Assembly (NCBI GenBank): GCA_965230295.1
Contig: OZ246001.1
Coordinates: 3,136,001-3,200,000, forward strand
Length of the DNA: 64,000 nucleotides
Origin: Marinicella sp.
GTDB lineage: Bacteria; Pseudomonadota; Gammaproteobacteria; Xanthomonadales; Marinicellaceae
Direction: 5' to 3'
Each line of letters opens with the position of its first letter. The stretch's first letter is position 1. Below, piece by piece: positions 36,793 to 46,601 of this stretch. The notes under the pieces were generated by a model. That model was not told where the DNA came from, did not search any database, and worked only from the letters and a program-made list of their open reading frames with translations. Both the position numbers and the translations under genes were made by a program.

Positions 36793-39700
36793 ATGACCAT
36801 GAAAAAAGCCATTAACATATCTCTAGCCACCATATTCTTATTTTTGTCAACGAATGCATTTGCGCAAGCACCCAGATTCAGTAAAAGTTTTTCTGATGGA
36901 TTGATCAACGTGGGGGAGACCACCACGCTGACTTTCACCATAGATAACTCGAACAGTGTGTTGGATTTAGAAAATGCCATTTTCAGAGATGATTATCCTT
37001 TGGGGCTACAAACAGCTGCTCCATCGAATTTAAGTTTCAACTGTTCAGGTGGCATAGGCAATAACCTGACATACATAGAAACCAATCTCTATGTCAACGC
37101 GGGCGAGGTGTGTACTGTATCTATTGATGTAACCGGCGTCAGTGCCGGTTTACAAGTCAATACCACATCCGAGATGACTTCAAGTCTAGGCAATGCAGGC
37201 CCCGCACAAGCTTCAATTGTGGTTAAAGATGCAGGTTCGCCAGCTTTCACAAAATCCTTTGGTGCAGCTCAGATTGAAGTGGGTGAGGTGACCTTTTTAG
37301 AGTTTTCCATAGACAACACAGCCAATGCAAGTGCAGCCAACAACTTGACCTTTATCGATGTATTACCACCAGGTATACAAGTGGCCACTCCAGATAATCT
37401 GGATTCTTCATGTGGTGGCATCACTGGGGTACTGAGTAACCAAGTGGATTTGAGTGGCACTTCACTGGCGGCAGGCGAGTCGTGCCTGATTTCTTTGGAT
37501 GTCGTTGGTGTGAGTCCAGGTATACAAGAAAACATCACCATTGATCTCACCTCAAGCGCAGGAAACAGTGGTCCTGCCGTGAGTTCAATTGAAGTACTGG
37601 CTACCCCTGTCCCTGTTTTCAATAAGTCATTTGCTGATGCTTCAATCGAAGTCGGTGGTACAACCACACTGACATTTACAATTGATAATACTTCAGTGGT
37701 TACGGACGCAAATGGCATGGCTTTTGATGATGTCTTGCCAGCCGGGATTGAAATTGCAGTCCCCGATAACTTAAGTAACAGCTGTGGTGGGGTGGTCAAC
37801 CTCACACCTGGCCAGTTGTCCTTTTCAGGTGGCAGTGTGACGGCCAATAATTCTTGTCAGATTTCAGTGGATGTCGAAGGCACCAATGCCGGCATCCAAA
37901 ACAACATCACCACCAACCTGACATCCAGTATCGGTGCCAGCAATCCAGCGACAGATCAAATCATTATTCGCGATTCCGGGACACCTGGATTTACCATGTC
38001 CTTTGCGGCCAGTGTGGTGGGTCAAAACACACCTGTTGCATTGACATTCATGATCGACAACAGCGCCATTGGCAGTGATGCGACCAATATGAACTTCAGT
38101 CACACCCTGCCAACTGACATGGCAATTGCTGCGCTACCCAATGTCAGTAACAACTGTACGGGAGGCACGGTTACTGCAATCAGTGGTTCATCTGTAATCA
38201 GTTACAACAGTGGTACTGTTGGTGCCAACCAGTCGTGTGAATTGAGTGTGGATGTGGTGGGTCTGGAGCCAGGGATTTACGTCAACATCACCTCAGATTT
38301 GGTTTCAAGTTTAGGCAACAGTGGACCTGCATTGGCCAACCTGGAAGTGCTGATTGCCCCTGATTTCTCTTTGAACACCCAAACGAACTACATGAGTGTA
38401 GGGGGTGTGACAACAATTACTTATTTGATATCTCATTTAGATGGTGATGCAGATGCGAACAGTTTGAACTTGACCCATTTGCTTCCTGGAGGTCTGGAAT
38501 TGGCAACACCTGCAAACGCAGCACACACTTGCGATGGTGGAGTACTAACTGCTGTTGATGGCAGCAATGTATTGACCTATACAGGTGGTGCGTTGATGCA
38601 GGGAAGTTTATGCAACATCTCTGTAGATATCATGGCCACCAGCTTAGGCGTGCAGAATGGAAGTTCTGATGATTTGACTTCCAATCTTGGTAACAGTGGT
38701 TCAGTGGATCTCAATATTGAGGTCATTGACGCCATCGAGTGGAATGTGGCCGGATCAGCCAGTTGGTTTGATGGTGCTAACTGGATGCCTAACCAAGTAC
38801 CTAACAGTGCACTTAATGTAAAAATCAACAATGGTGGCACTTCGGCTGTTGGTCTGGATGATGACGACATTGCCATGTTGGACTTTGGTGTGGGTGTCGA
38901 TGGCGGATCAGGTTTTCTGACTTTTGCTGATGACACCAGTTCTGAAATTGAGGTCAATGGGGCATTTGACATTGGTGTAACAGCTCAGGGATCTTCCACT
39001 TCGACAGGACGGGTTGAGTTCTTGGGAGACTCTAACAGCTTATTTGATTTCAGGAGTGACCCATCCACCATGCGAATCGGTGTGACCCAAACGGATGGTG
39101 ATGCAGATGGCACCCTGGTATTTTTAGACAGTTTCATTTCCTCATCGCCTCAGTTCGATGCATTGATGGTCGGAGTATCAGATGGCAGCGGCTCGGCAAT
39201 GGGAACCTTGGTGGCTGTGGATGCAAACACATCAAGTATCCAAACTGAAAACAACCCGGTCATGATCGGTGTCGCTAACAGCTCAGGTGATGCCACCGCT
39301 ATTTTCAATGGGACCGAAGTTCAAAACGTCGGTAGTTTTGATGCCGGCGTCAGCCATGGGGCTGGTCATGCCAATGCCACTGTAGACCTAGGGTTCAGTT
39401 TTAAAGGCACCACCAATGGTGGTTTACAAGGCCCGGCCAACATCGGTATCACCAACGACACAGGATCGGCCACGGCTGTGGTTAATCAGCAGTTGGATAT
39501 CTTTGGCACAGTCACAGCCAGCCGCTTTACCGAGTTGAATGTGGGTATCGCCAACGGAACCGGTGCAGCCAATGGCACCTTGCGTAACTCTAATGGCATC
39601 AGCATTCCAGTGATCAATGTGGGACTGAACCCGGGTGGTGGAACCGCTGATGGCTTGATCTATGTGGATCATGGCTTGATCGACACCACCACATTGACCC

Positions 39701-42700
39701 TGGGCGCTGGCAGCGTGTTGCAATTGAACGCCAACAGCACCACCAGAGCGGGTAATGGGTTTTCTGGCACGGTTTATTCAGCCGTAAATGCCAACACAGC
39801 TGTATTGGCTGGTGAACTCATCATTGATGTGAGTTTCTTATTAACGTCACCAGCCACTTTTGAAGTGGTAAACACCAATTCTCCAACAGGCATCACAGGT
39901 GTTTTCTCAACAGTCACAGTAAATAACTTACCTTCAGGTTTCGTGGTCTCTTCAGGGGTCCAACTGGACAATTTGGGTAACCAACAATTCGTGGTCAACA
40001 TCACCGGTACCCCGGTGCTGCCAGAATGGGATAATGTCAATACTGGTGTTGATGCCGGAGATTGGTTTGATGGTGGAAACTGGTCAGGTGGGTTCGTTCC
40101 ATTGGCAGTGGATCCGGCGATAGTAAATAATGGTGGTGAAGCATTGGCAGACAGCCAGACAGCACCTGGCACTGTGAGTCCCAGAGACATCATCATTGGC
40201 CAGGACGGTGGAACAGGTATATTCCGCAGCGAAGGAGTGGATGTGGTCCCCGGATTCAGCTTTTTGATCGCTAAAGTCAGTCCATTGATTTCAGCAGAAC
40301 AAACGGCCACCGGTGATGTGGTGATCAATGACGCCAACATCATTGTGCCTCCAAATGACTCACCGAGCACTTCAGTGTTTGACCCTGGTTCAGTCTTGGC
40401 AGTTGGTTTTGCCCAAGGTGGAGGCACTGCTGATGCCAGTATGGTCGTCAACAATGGCAGCATTCAGGTGGGTGATGATGTGTTGATTGGAGCGGCCTTA
40501 CCCATTGCTGTCGATGCCACCCCGACAGCTGATGCCTCATTCACCTTCAATGGTGCGGGTATCGATGTAAGCACCATTGAGGCAGATTCTGGTAATGGCG
40601 ATGTGCACATTGCTTTTGCTCAAGATTCGAATTCAGGTCCTGGTGCATCGCCGACCGCGATCGCCACTGCGAACATCAACAATGCCACCATCAATGCCGA
40701 TATCAACATCGCAGAAACGGATGCCTTCACTGATGACGCCATCAGCCAAGCCACAGCGAATAATGTGGTTCTAAGTAACCTGTTTGTGACTGGTGATTTG
40801 GACATTGCTGATGTCGGTGCTTTCGATCCCAGGGTGCAGGTCACTGCCACAGCCACTGCGACAATCACGGATGTGACCTTTGGTCCTGACAGCGGTTCAT
40901 TCAGTATTGGTAATGTCAATGCGGGTGATCCAGATGCCATAGGTACATCTATATCCACAAGTACCTGGACCCGAGTATCCATCACCGATTCAGATTCTGA
41001 TTTCGGTGTGGCTGATGTGTCAGCCAACCGAAGCAACACGGTAGCAACGGTCGATGCAGAAGTTACCTTCATTGACTCCATTTTGTCCATTGATGATTTA
41101 AATGTAGGTGATGTGTATGCCCAGGAAAATGGCGTCGGTAACCTCACGGCGACATTGAATCTTGAACAAAACACCACAGTGACTGGCCAGGAGTTGGTAC
41201 TGGGAGAATACTCCATCAATGATACGGCCAGAGCCACTTCGACAGTCAACCTCAATGTGACTGATTCAACCATCAGTCTGGGTGATGAAACTGTGTTGGG
41301 CGAAACCCGCGGTAGCAGCACCAACAGCGCCACTGAAATCATCATTGGTATGACCATGACCAATTCAAGCTTGGTTTCACCTGCTGTAAACATCGCTGAA
41401 AGCCTTTCACCCGCTGGATCACTCAGTGCCACATTGAGCTTGAACTCTGGTTATGTAGATACCGATGCATTGGACCTGGGTACCGATGGGACCATTGTGT
41501 TTGGCTTAAATGGCGCCAACCGGGCCACTTTGGCCAATGTCGGCGATACCAACACCTACTCAGCCATTGATGCAAGCGATGCAACCATTGCAGGAAACAT
41601 CGTTGTGGATTTCATCTCACCACCACCTGGTGGGTTTTTTACCTATGATTTAATTGTTACCGAAAGCGCCACGGCATTGGATGATTTCTCTGCTACCGCT
41701 TCTGTACTGAACCTGCCAGCCAGTGTGAATGTTTCGTTCTTTGGTGTGGCGGAAGACAACGGTGTTGATGTCTTGCGTTTGGTGGTTGCCTCACCCTTGG
41801 CTATTGACGATGCCTTCACTGTTGCGGAAGATTCAGTCAATCAGTCGTTTGATGTTCAGTTAAACGATGACAATTTAGCTATCAATGGCGTCATCATTGA
41901 GGCGGTCTCCACCCCAACTTTTGGTTCTGTCAGTATTGCTGCTGGAAATGATGCTTTGATTTATTCAGCTGGTCCTGATTTTTGTACCATTGATTCCAGC
42001 TTGGACACGTTCACTTACACCATCAGCGGTGGTTCAGTGGCCACTGTTACCGTCAATGTGACTTGTGTCAATGATGCCCCATCATTCAACGTTCTGGGAG
42101 ATGTTGTGGTGAATACTTTTGATGTGTCTAACAACCCGTTGTTGATCAGTGATTTTGCTGAAAACATCACTTTAGGTCCAGCCAATGAATCAGGTCAACA
42201 AATCGAAGGGTTCAACATCACAGTCCAGTCAGACACCAATGGCATCCTCAGTGGTATTTCTCTGGCCAATGATGCCACCCTCAGTGTAAATTTCAGTGGC
42301 AGTTTTGGTACAGCTTTGGTTGACGTGACTTTACAAGATAACGGCGGCACAGCCAACAACGGGTTCGATACATCGGCTGTCCAATCATTCAGCGTCATCC
42401 ACACCGACTTAATCTTTGCCAATGGCTTTGAACAAGCCACTGTCTTCAAAGTGGTGAATTATTTGGTTAAAGTTCAAGAGCAGAGCGTCCTGGGTCAAGG
42501 TCCGGTTTATCTGGATGCCTATGATGCGATTGAATTCAACGGTGAAATATACCGTTTGTATCAAGACCACCATTCTGTCCAGCAAGTCGCTGCTTTGAAC
42601 AGTTGGTTGCATGAGGTCTTGATGTTCACCGAACCGTTTGAAGATTATGACGGTGATGGCACACAGAACTTGTTTGATCCACAACCATTTTCTGCCAACA

Positions 42701-42705
42701 AATAA
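36793..42705 (+). CDS. 1970-aa surface protein: five DUF11-like Ig repeats, beta-helix region, Ig domains, internal DLIFANGFE
   Basis: Signal peptide (AFA-Q); repeats P.F.KSF....I.VG..T.LTF.IDN; W..G.NW motifs; C-terminal DYDGDGTQN Ca-binding-like loop. Confidence 0.85.
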   Translation: MTMKKAINISLATIFLFLSTNAFAQAPRFSKSFSDGLINVGETTTLTFTIDNSNSVLDLENAIFRDDYPLGLQTAAPSNLSFNCSGGIGNNLTYIETNLYVNAGEVCTVSIDVTGVSAGLQVNTTSEMTSSLGNAGPAQASIVVKDAGSPAFTKSFGAAQIEVGEVTFLEFSIDNTANASAANNLTFIDVLPPGIQVATPDNLDSSCGGITGVLSNQVDLSGTSLAAGESCLISLDVVGVSPGIQENITIDLTSSAGNSGPAVSSIEVLATPVPVFNKSFADASIEVGGTTTLTFTIDNTSVVTDANGMAFDDVLPAGIEIAVPDNLSNSCGGVVNLTPGQLSFSGGSVTANNSCQISVDVEGTNAGIQNNITTNLTSSIGASNPATDQIIIRDSGTPGFTMSFAASVVGQNTPVALTFMIDNSAIGSDATNMNFSHTLPTDMAIAALPNVSNNCTGGTVTAISGSSVISYNSGTVGANQSCELSVDVVGLEPGIYVNITSDLVSSLGNSGPALANLEVLIAPDFSLNTQTNYMSVGGVTTITYLISHLDGDADANSLNLTHLLPGGLELATPANAAHTCDGGVLTAVDGSNVLTYTGGALMQGSLCNISVDIMATSLGVQNGSSDDLTSNLGNSGSVDLNIEVIDAIEWNVAGSASWFDGANWMPNQVPNSALNVKINNGGTSAVGLDDDDIAMLDFGVGVDGGSGFLTFADDTSSEIEVNGAFDIGVTAQGSSTSTGRVEFLGDSNSLFDFRSDPSTMRIGVTQTDGDADGTLVFLDSFISSSPQFDALMVGVSDGSGSAMGTLVAVDANTSSIQTENNPVMIGVANSSGDATAIFNGTEVQNVGSFDAGVSHGAGHANATVDLGFSFKGTTNGGLQGPANIGITNDTGSATAVVNQQLDIFGTVTASRFTELNVGIANGTGAANGTLRNSNGISIPVINVGLNPGGGTADGLIYVDHGLIDTTTLTLGAGSVLQLNANSTTRAGNGFSGTVYSAVNANTAVLAGELIIDVSFLLTSPATFEVVNTNSPTGITGVFSTVTVNNLPSGFVVSSGVQLDNLGNQQFVVNITGTPVLPEWDNVNTGVDAGDWFDGGNWSGGFVPLAVDPAIVNNGGEALADSQTAPGTVSPRDIIIGQDGGTGIFRSEGVDVVPGFSFLIAKVSPLISAEQTATGDVVINDANIIVPPNDSPSTSVFDPGSVLAVGFAQGGGTADASMVVNNGSIQVGDDVLIGAALPIAVDATPTADASFTFNGAGIDVSTIEADSGNGDVHIAFAQDSNSGPGASPTAIATANINNATINADINIAETDAFTDDAISQATANNVVLSNLFVTGDLDIADVGAFDPRVQVTATATATITDVTFGPDSGSFSIGNVNAGDPDAIGTSISTSTWTRVSITDSDSDFGVADVSANRSNTVATVDAEVTFIDSILSIDDLNVGDVYAQENGVGNLTATLNLEQNTTVTGQELVLGEYSINDTARATSTVNLNVTDSTISLGDETVLGETRGSSTNSATEIIIGMTMTNSSLVSPAVNIAESLSPAGSLSATLSLNSGYVDTDALDLGTDGTIVFGLNGANRATLANVGDTNTYSAIDASDATIAGNIVVDFISPPPGGFFTYDLIVTESATALDDFSATASVLNLPASVNVSFFGVAEDNGVDVLRLVVASPLAIDDAFTVAEDSVNQSFDVQLNDDNLAINGVIIEAVSTPTFGSVSIAAGNDALIYSAGPDFCTIDSSLDTFTYTISGGSVATVTVNVTCVNDAPSFNVLGDVVVNTFDVSNNPLLISDFAENITLGPANESGQQIEGFNITVQSDTNGILSGISLANDATLSVNFSGSFGTALVDVTLQDNGGTANNGFDTSAVQSFSVIHTDLIFANGFEQATVFKVVNYLVKVQEQSVLGQGPVYLDAYDAIEFNGEIYRLYQDHHSVQQVAALNSWLHEVLMFTEPFEDYDGDGTQNLFDPQPFSANK

Positions 42706-42720
42706 CAATCTTGTTAACCT

Positions 42721-42755
42721 AAAAAAAAAGCCAGCTCCTAAAGCTGGCTTTTTTT
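42721..42755. terminator. bidirectional terminator
   Basis: A-tract, gccagct/agctggc stem, T-tract. Confidence 0.8.
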
Positions 42756-42772
42756 ATGTCAATCACCTCAAA

Positions 42773-42821
42773 ACTAATCATCCGACCAAGGACTGGCATT
42801 CAATACACCACAAGCAAAATC
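42773..42821 (-). pseudogene. displaced copy of the 3' end of the 47800-49422 gene
   Basis: 41/49 identical to 47799-47847; translates DFACGVLNASPWSDD* versus DFVWGVLNANPLSDD*. Confidence 0.85.
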
Positions 42822-43007
42822 CTAAGTCATTATTCAAAAACTCTAATGGGTGTTTGTCTGCGTTTTTGCCAATAACAAAAGATGTTCGCTCGTTTGACAT
42901 TTAGACACCTAAAAAAGCAGCAAAGCATAAATATTCATGGTTTTAGATTGATTTAAAACATTGTAAGAATTCTATATTAGTGTTATTTTGGATAATAAAA
43001 ATATTAA

Positions 43008-45698
43008 ATGATGCAAAAATCTCAAGAACTCAAACCCCATCAAGAATTAGCTGTTCATAGAATTAAAAATTCAATCCTGCTAAAAAATAACACTTTCACA
43101 AATGCTTATATTGCCTCTGGCGCTGGGCTCGGTCGGGTATCAATTGAAATATTGCTGTGGTTATTTGATAGATATGAAAATCTAATTGTAGTCACTGATA
43201 AAAAAATATTGCTACAACAATTGAACAAGGAGTTCAGACAATTTTTAAATATCGAAGAAACAGATCGGAAAAATCAATTCGATTCAAATCAAGAAATAAA
43301 AATTAATGATTCCTCAGTTAAATTTACTACGGTACAAAAGTTATTGTCTGATAATATCTCGATGGATTACCAAAAAAATGTAAATTGCATTTTGTTGTAT
43401 GACATGCCAGCAAATAGCCAAGTCAAACTGGTTAATTCATATTTAAATGATGAAAATAATATTAAAGTAATTTCATTGTCAGGTTATGAAATTAGGTCAA
43501 CAGAATGGAGAAAAATATTCGGAGATCCTGCTTTTGTATATTCATATGAGGATGCTATACAAGATGGTATTCTAAAGCCAGTCAAGTTTTTTCCAATAAC
43601 AGATCAACCAATTCAGTATTTTTATGATTCGGAGCAAATTAAAAACTTTTTGGATGTGTTGGTTGATGAAGTTAATTTAAATTATTCAGATAAACTGCTT
43701 ATTGTTTGTAAAAATACTTTAGAAGCAGAGCAAATTCATAGGTACTTTAAGAGTACTAACTATGAATCCTATTTATTAGTTTCTCAAAGAAAAAGGCTGA
43801 ATTATGATTTTTCAAGATTTATTAATAATACAAATAGTTGTATAGGAATAGTGGTCAATATTTTAACTGGCTTTAAGGTTCCTGAATTGAAAAACATTGT
43901 TTTGTTGTCATCAATAACTTCTGAGTTAAAGTTCAATAACATCATTTCATTAATCAGTCATAACAATTATTCTAACGATCTCGGAACGATTTGGGATTTT
44001 GGAGGTAATAAAAAACTAATAAAGAACGAATATGTAGTGATTGATGAATACGATAACTATGGGAGATTTGGTTTCTTGGATGAGTTTGATAACCTGTCTT
44101 ATGAAAGAAATACCCTAAGTAAATCAAACAGTGAATTTGATGATAACATCAAAGATTCTCAAGGTTTCAATGAAACAGAAGAAAGTGCTTCTACAAGATT
44201 TTTAGCTAATCCACATCATGACAAACCATCTAAAGTAGATCTGCTTGGAAGAGATGGGTTGGTTCACATTCTTAAAGGGATCATTAATAGAAACTCTAAT
44301 AAGCACATGATAATTTCTCTGTTTGGCCGATGGGGAAGTGGGAAAAGCTCAGTTATTGAGATATTGGAACAAAAGTTTGATGATGAAACTACTCATTTCA
44401 TAGTATTTAATGCTTGGCTAAACAGTCATACTGAGAATATGGTTGCATCAATTGCAACAAAAATTACTACCAGTATTTATTCAACAAAAGGTTCGTTAGC
44501 AAAGAATTTTTTAAGTTTTAAGTGGCACTTAAAGAATAAAAAAACTGATTTCAAATTATACTTTCTGGTATTAATTCTTCTGGTTATAACATTTTTTGCC
44601 TATTCAGTTTTAACTGGAGCAACTTTCCCAAAAGGCATTAGCTTAGGGGTTGTATTGACTGCTGTTTTGGCTCCATTTATAAAACTAATGTTCAATGCAT
44701 ACTCTAAATCGTTATTAATGAAGTTTAATAAAATTACAAAAAAGCCGAGCTATAAAACGCATATTGGTGTTTCAGAAACTATAAAAAATGAAATAAAAAA
44801 CCTCTTAATTATTCATGCAAAGTCTAAAAAAAGTCTGAAATACATTGTTGTAATTGATGATTTAGACAGGTGCTCAGATCAAAAGATTATTGATACCCTA
44901 GAGGCTGTACAGTTGGTTGTAGATATCGAGAATGTAATTGTTATTGTTGCTATTGATGAAGAAGTATTGATGCAAGCGGTTGCTAACTCATACAAAAGGC
45001 AACGAACAGATATTGATGACAATAAAGCATTTAGCTTGGCAAGAGACTTTTTGGGCAAAATTCTTCAAGTGACAATAACACTGGATAAACCCAATATGAC
45101 AAAACGAAAATTTTTTATCAAAGAAAGGTTGTATCCAGACGTACTCAAAAATGAAGAGTCCAGTGATCTCTCAAATTTAAACACGCTTAAAACAAGTAGT
45201 CAGTCTGGTTTGATTAAACATGAGAGTGAAAACTTATTCGATTATGAGTTGGATTTTGACGAAGATGACTCTTATGATATCAGTGAAAAATACTTAAGTG
45301 ATTCAGTTGATGAGTATGAGTTTTTCGAAAATTGTGTAGAAATTTTTAATATTGACAATCCTCGAACTATGATAAGACTTCATAACATTATTACTATTTG
45401 TAAAGGTTTATATCCAAACATTACCAGTACAAAAGAAAAACTTAGGATTTATATGTTTATTTCTTTTTGGTATGAAAAATATTCCAGCTCTATAGGCGAA
45501 GAAAAAACAAAACTATATGAGTTGATCAATAGTTTTGAATTAGATCAAAATGATTCAATTTCTGTATTCGCCAATAGAATTGGTGTTTTTAATAATGCAA
45601 AATACGATATTAAAAAAATTATCAGTAGAGTAAAGAATCTATCCTTACCCAGAAATGATTTAGAAAATTTCGATGCAGGTGATATGAAAGGCAATTGA
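43008..45698 (+). CDS. fusion of a degenerate SF2/HsdR-like helicase and a KAP-family P-loop NTPase with two TM helices
   Basis: KAP part: DLLGRD, GRWGSGKS, FNAW, VVIDDLDRC, FLGKILQV, NPR. The N-terminal ~335 aa follow helicase motif order but lack catalytic residues. Very AT-rich. Confidence 0.85.
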   Translation: MMQKSQELKPHQELAVHRIKNSILLKNNTFTNAYIASGAGLGRVSIEILLWLFDRYENLIVVTDKKILLQQLNKEFRQFLNIEETDRKNQFDSNQEIKINDSSVKFTTVQKLLSDNISMDYQKNVNCILLYDMPANSQVKLVNSYLNDENNIKVISLSGYEIRSTEWRKIFGDPAFVYSYEDAIQDGILKPVKFFPITDQPIQYFYDSEQIKNFLDVLVDEVNLNYSDKLLIVCKNTLEAEQIHRYFKSTNYESYLLVSQRKRLNYDFSRFINNTNSCIGIVVNILTGFKVPELKNIVLLSSITSELKFNNIISLISHNNYSNDLGTIWDFGGNKKLIKNEYVVIDEYDNYGRFGFLDEFDNLSYERNTLSKSNSEFDDNIKDSQGFNETEESASTRFLANPHHDKPSKVDLLGRDGLVHILKGIINRNSNKHMIISLFGRWGSGKSSVIEILEQKFDDETTHFIVFNAWLNSHTENMVASIATKITTSIYSTKGSLAKNFLSFKWHLKNKKTDFKLYFLVLILLVITFFAYSVLTGATFPKGISLGVVLTAVLAPFIKLMFNAYSKSLLMKFNKITKKPSYKTHIGVSETIKNEIKNLLIIHAKSKKSLKYIVVIDDLDRCSDQKIIDTLEAVQLVVDIENVIVIVAIDEEVLMQAVANSYKRQRTDIDDNKAFSLARDFLGKILQVTITLDKPNMTKRKFFIKERLYPDVLKNEESSDLSNLNTLKTSSQSGLIKHESENLFDYELDFDEDDSYDISEKYLSDSVDEYEFFENCVEIFNIDNPRTMIRLHNIITICKGLYPNITSTKEKLRIYMFISFWYEKYSSSIGEEKTKLYELINSFELDQNDSISVFANRIGVFNNAKYDIKKIISRVKNLSLPRNDLENFDAGDMKGN

Positions 45699-45852
45699 TA
45701 AACAATTTCAGTGGGATATAAAAATAAATAGGGCAAATCTGTTAAAACTGACTGGATAACACATGCAAAAGAATTGAATGGATTGAAACTGAAACCAGCT
45801 AATAATAGACCTTCTTATGAAAGTAAAACGCCCAAAGTACTATGAAAGTACT

Positions 45853-45865
45853 AAGGACAGGCACT
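45853..45865 (+). repeat. solo AAGGACAGGCACT motif
   Basis: Same core as the RAYT ends; preceded by duplicated flank (tatgaaagta twice, aaagtacta twice). Confidence 0.6.
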
Positions 45866-45896
45866 ACTAATAATTCTAATGGAAACCTGTTCTCGA

Positions 45897-46310
45897 TCAG
45901 TTCTTATTTCTTGTGACCACCACCGAAGCACTGGATCGTTCAGCGCCAACATCACACACGGCCTCGATGTTGTTGCCATCCGGATCCAACAGAAACGCGG
46001 CGTAATAAGAGTCGTGATAGCCTCGATAACCAGGCTTCCCGTTATCTTTGCCACCTGCATTCAGCCCCGCCTCATAAAATGCATGCACATCTTCGATAGA
46101 TTCAGCTTGCAAAGCCAAATGAAAATAAGCTGCTCGAGCACTGTCTTCGGCGATGTAAAACTCATCGAAATTGAATTCGTTATCGCCAACCCTAAAGCCA
46201 TCGCCCTTGCCAAGTGCATTCAGAATCGCTGAATAAAAGTGCTTACTCAGCTCGAGGTCTGAGACATAAACCCCAATATGATCAATCATTCTGCCTTGGT
46301 GGTATTTCAT
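45897..46310 (-). CDS. VOC/glyoxalase-family protein
   Basis: MIDHIGVYVSDLELSKHFY, HLALQA, YYAAFLLDPDGNNIEAV; start may be 46289. Confidence 0.92.
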   Translation of the reverse strand: MKYHQGRMIDHIGVYVSDLELSKHFYSAILNALGKGDGFRVGDNEFNFDEFYIAEDSARAAYFHLALQAESIEDVHAFYEAGLNAGGKDNGKPGYRGYHDSYYAAFLLDPDGNNIEAVCDVGAERSSASVVVTRNKN

Positions 46311-46482
46311 ATCGCCCCCAAAAACACATCATTATAGAATGTAGTTGCAAGAATGTTCGGTGTCATCTTTTTCCTCAGTTGTTGATGTGCTTTGGGACTA
46401 GATATTACCACAATTAATTAAATGATCCTGATACCTATAACAGCTTGTGGGGCCCACAATGACAGTCATATTGAGGTAAAAC

Positions 46483-46496
46483 CAAGGACAGGCACT
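46483..46496 (+). repeat. solo CAAGGACAGGCACT motif
   Basis: Second direct copy, on the other side of the VOC gene. Confidence 0.6.
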
Positions 46497-46601
46497 GCTC
46501 AAAGAAACCAGTTTGAGTTTAAATTGATTAATTGAAGAACTGATCGTCAGTTTTCAGAGGTTGAGCACCTTGGCCCAATTCAGTTTATAATAAATTGTTG
46601 T

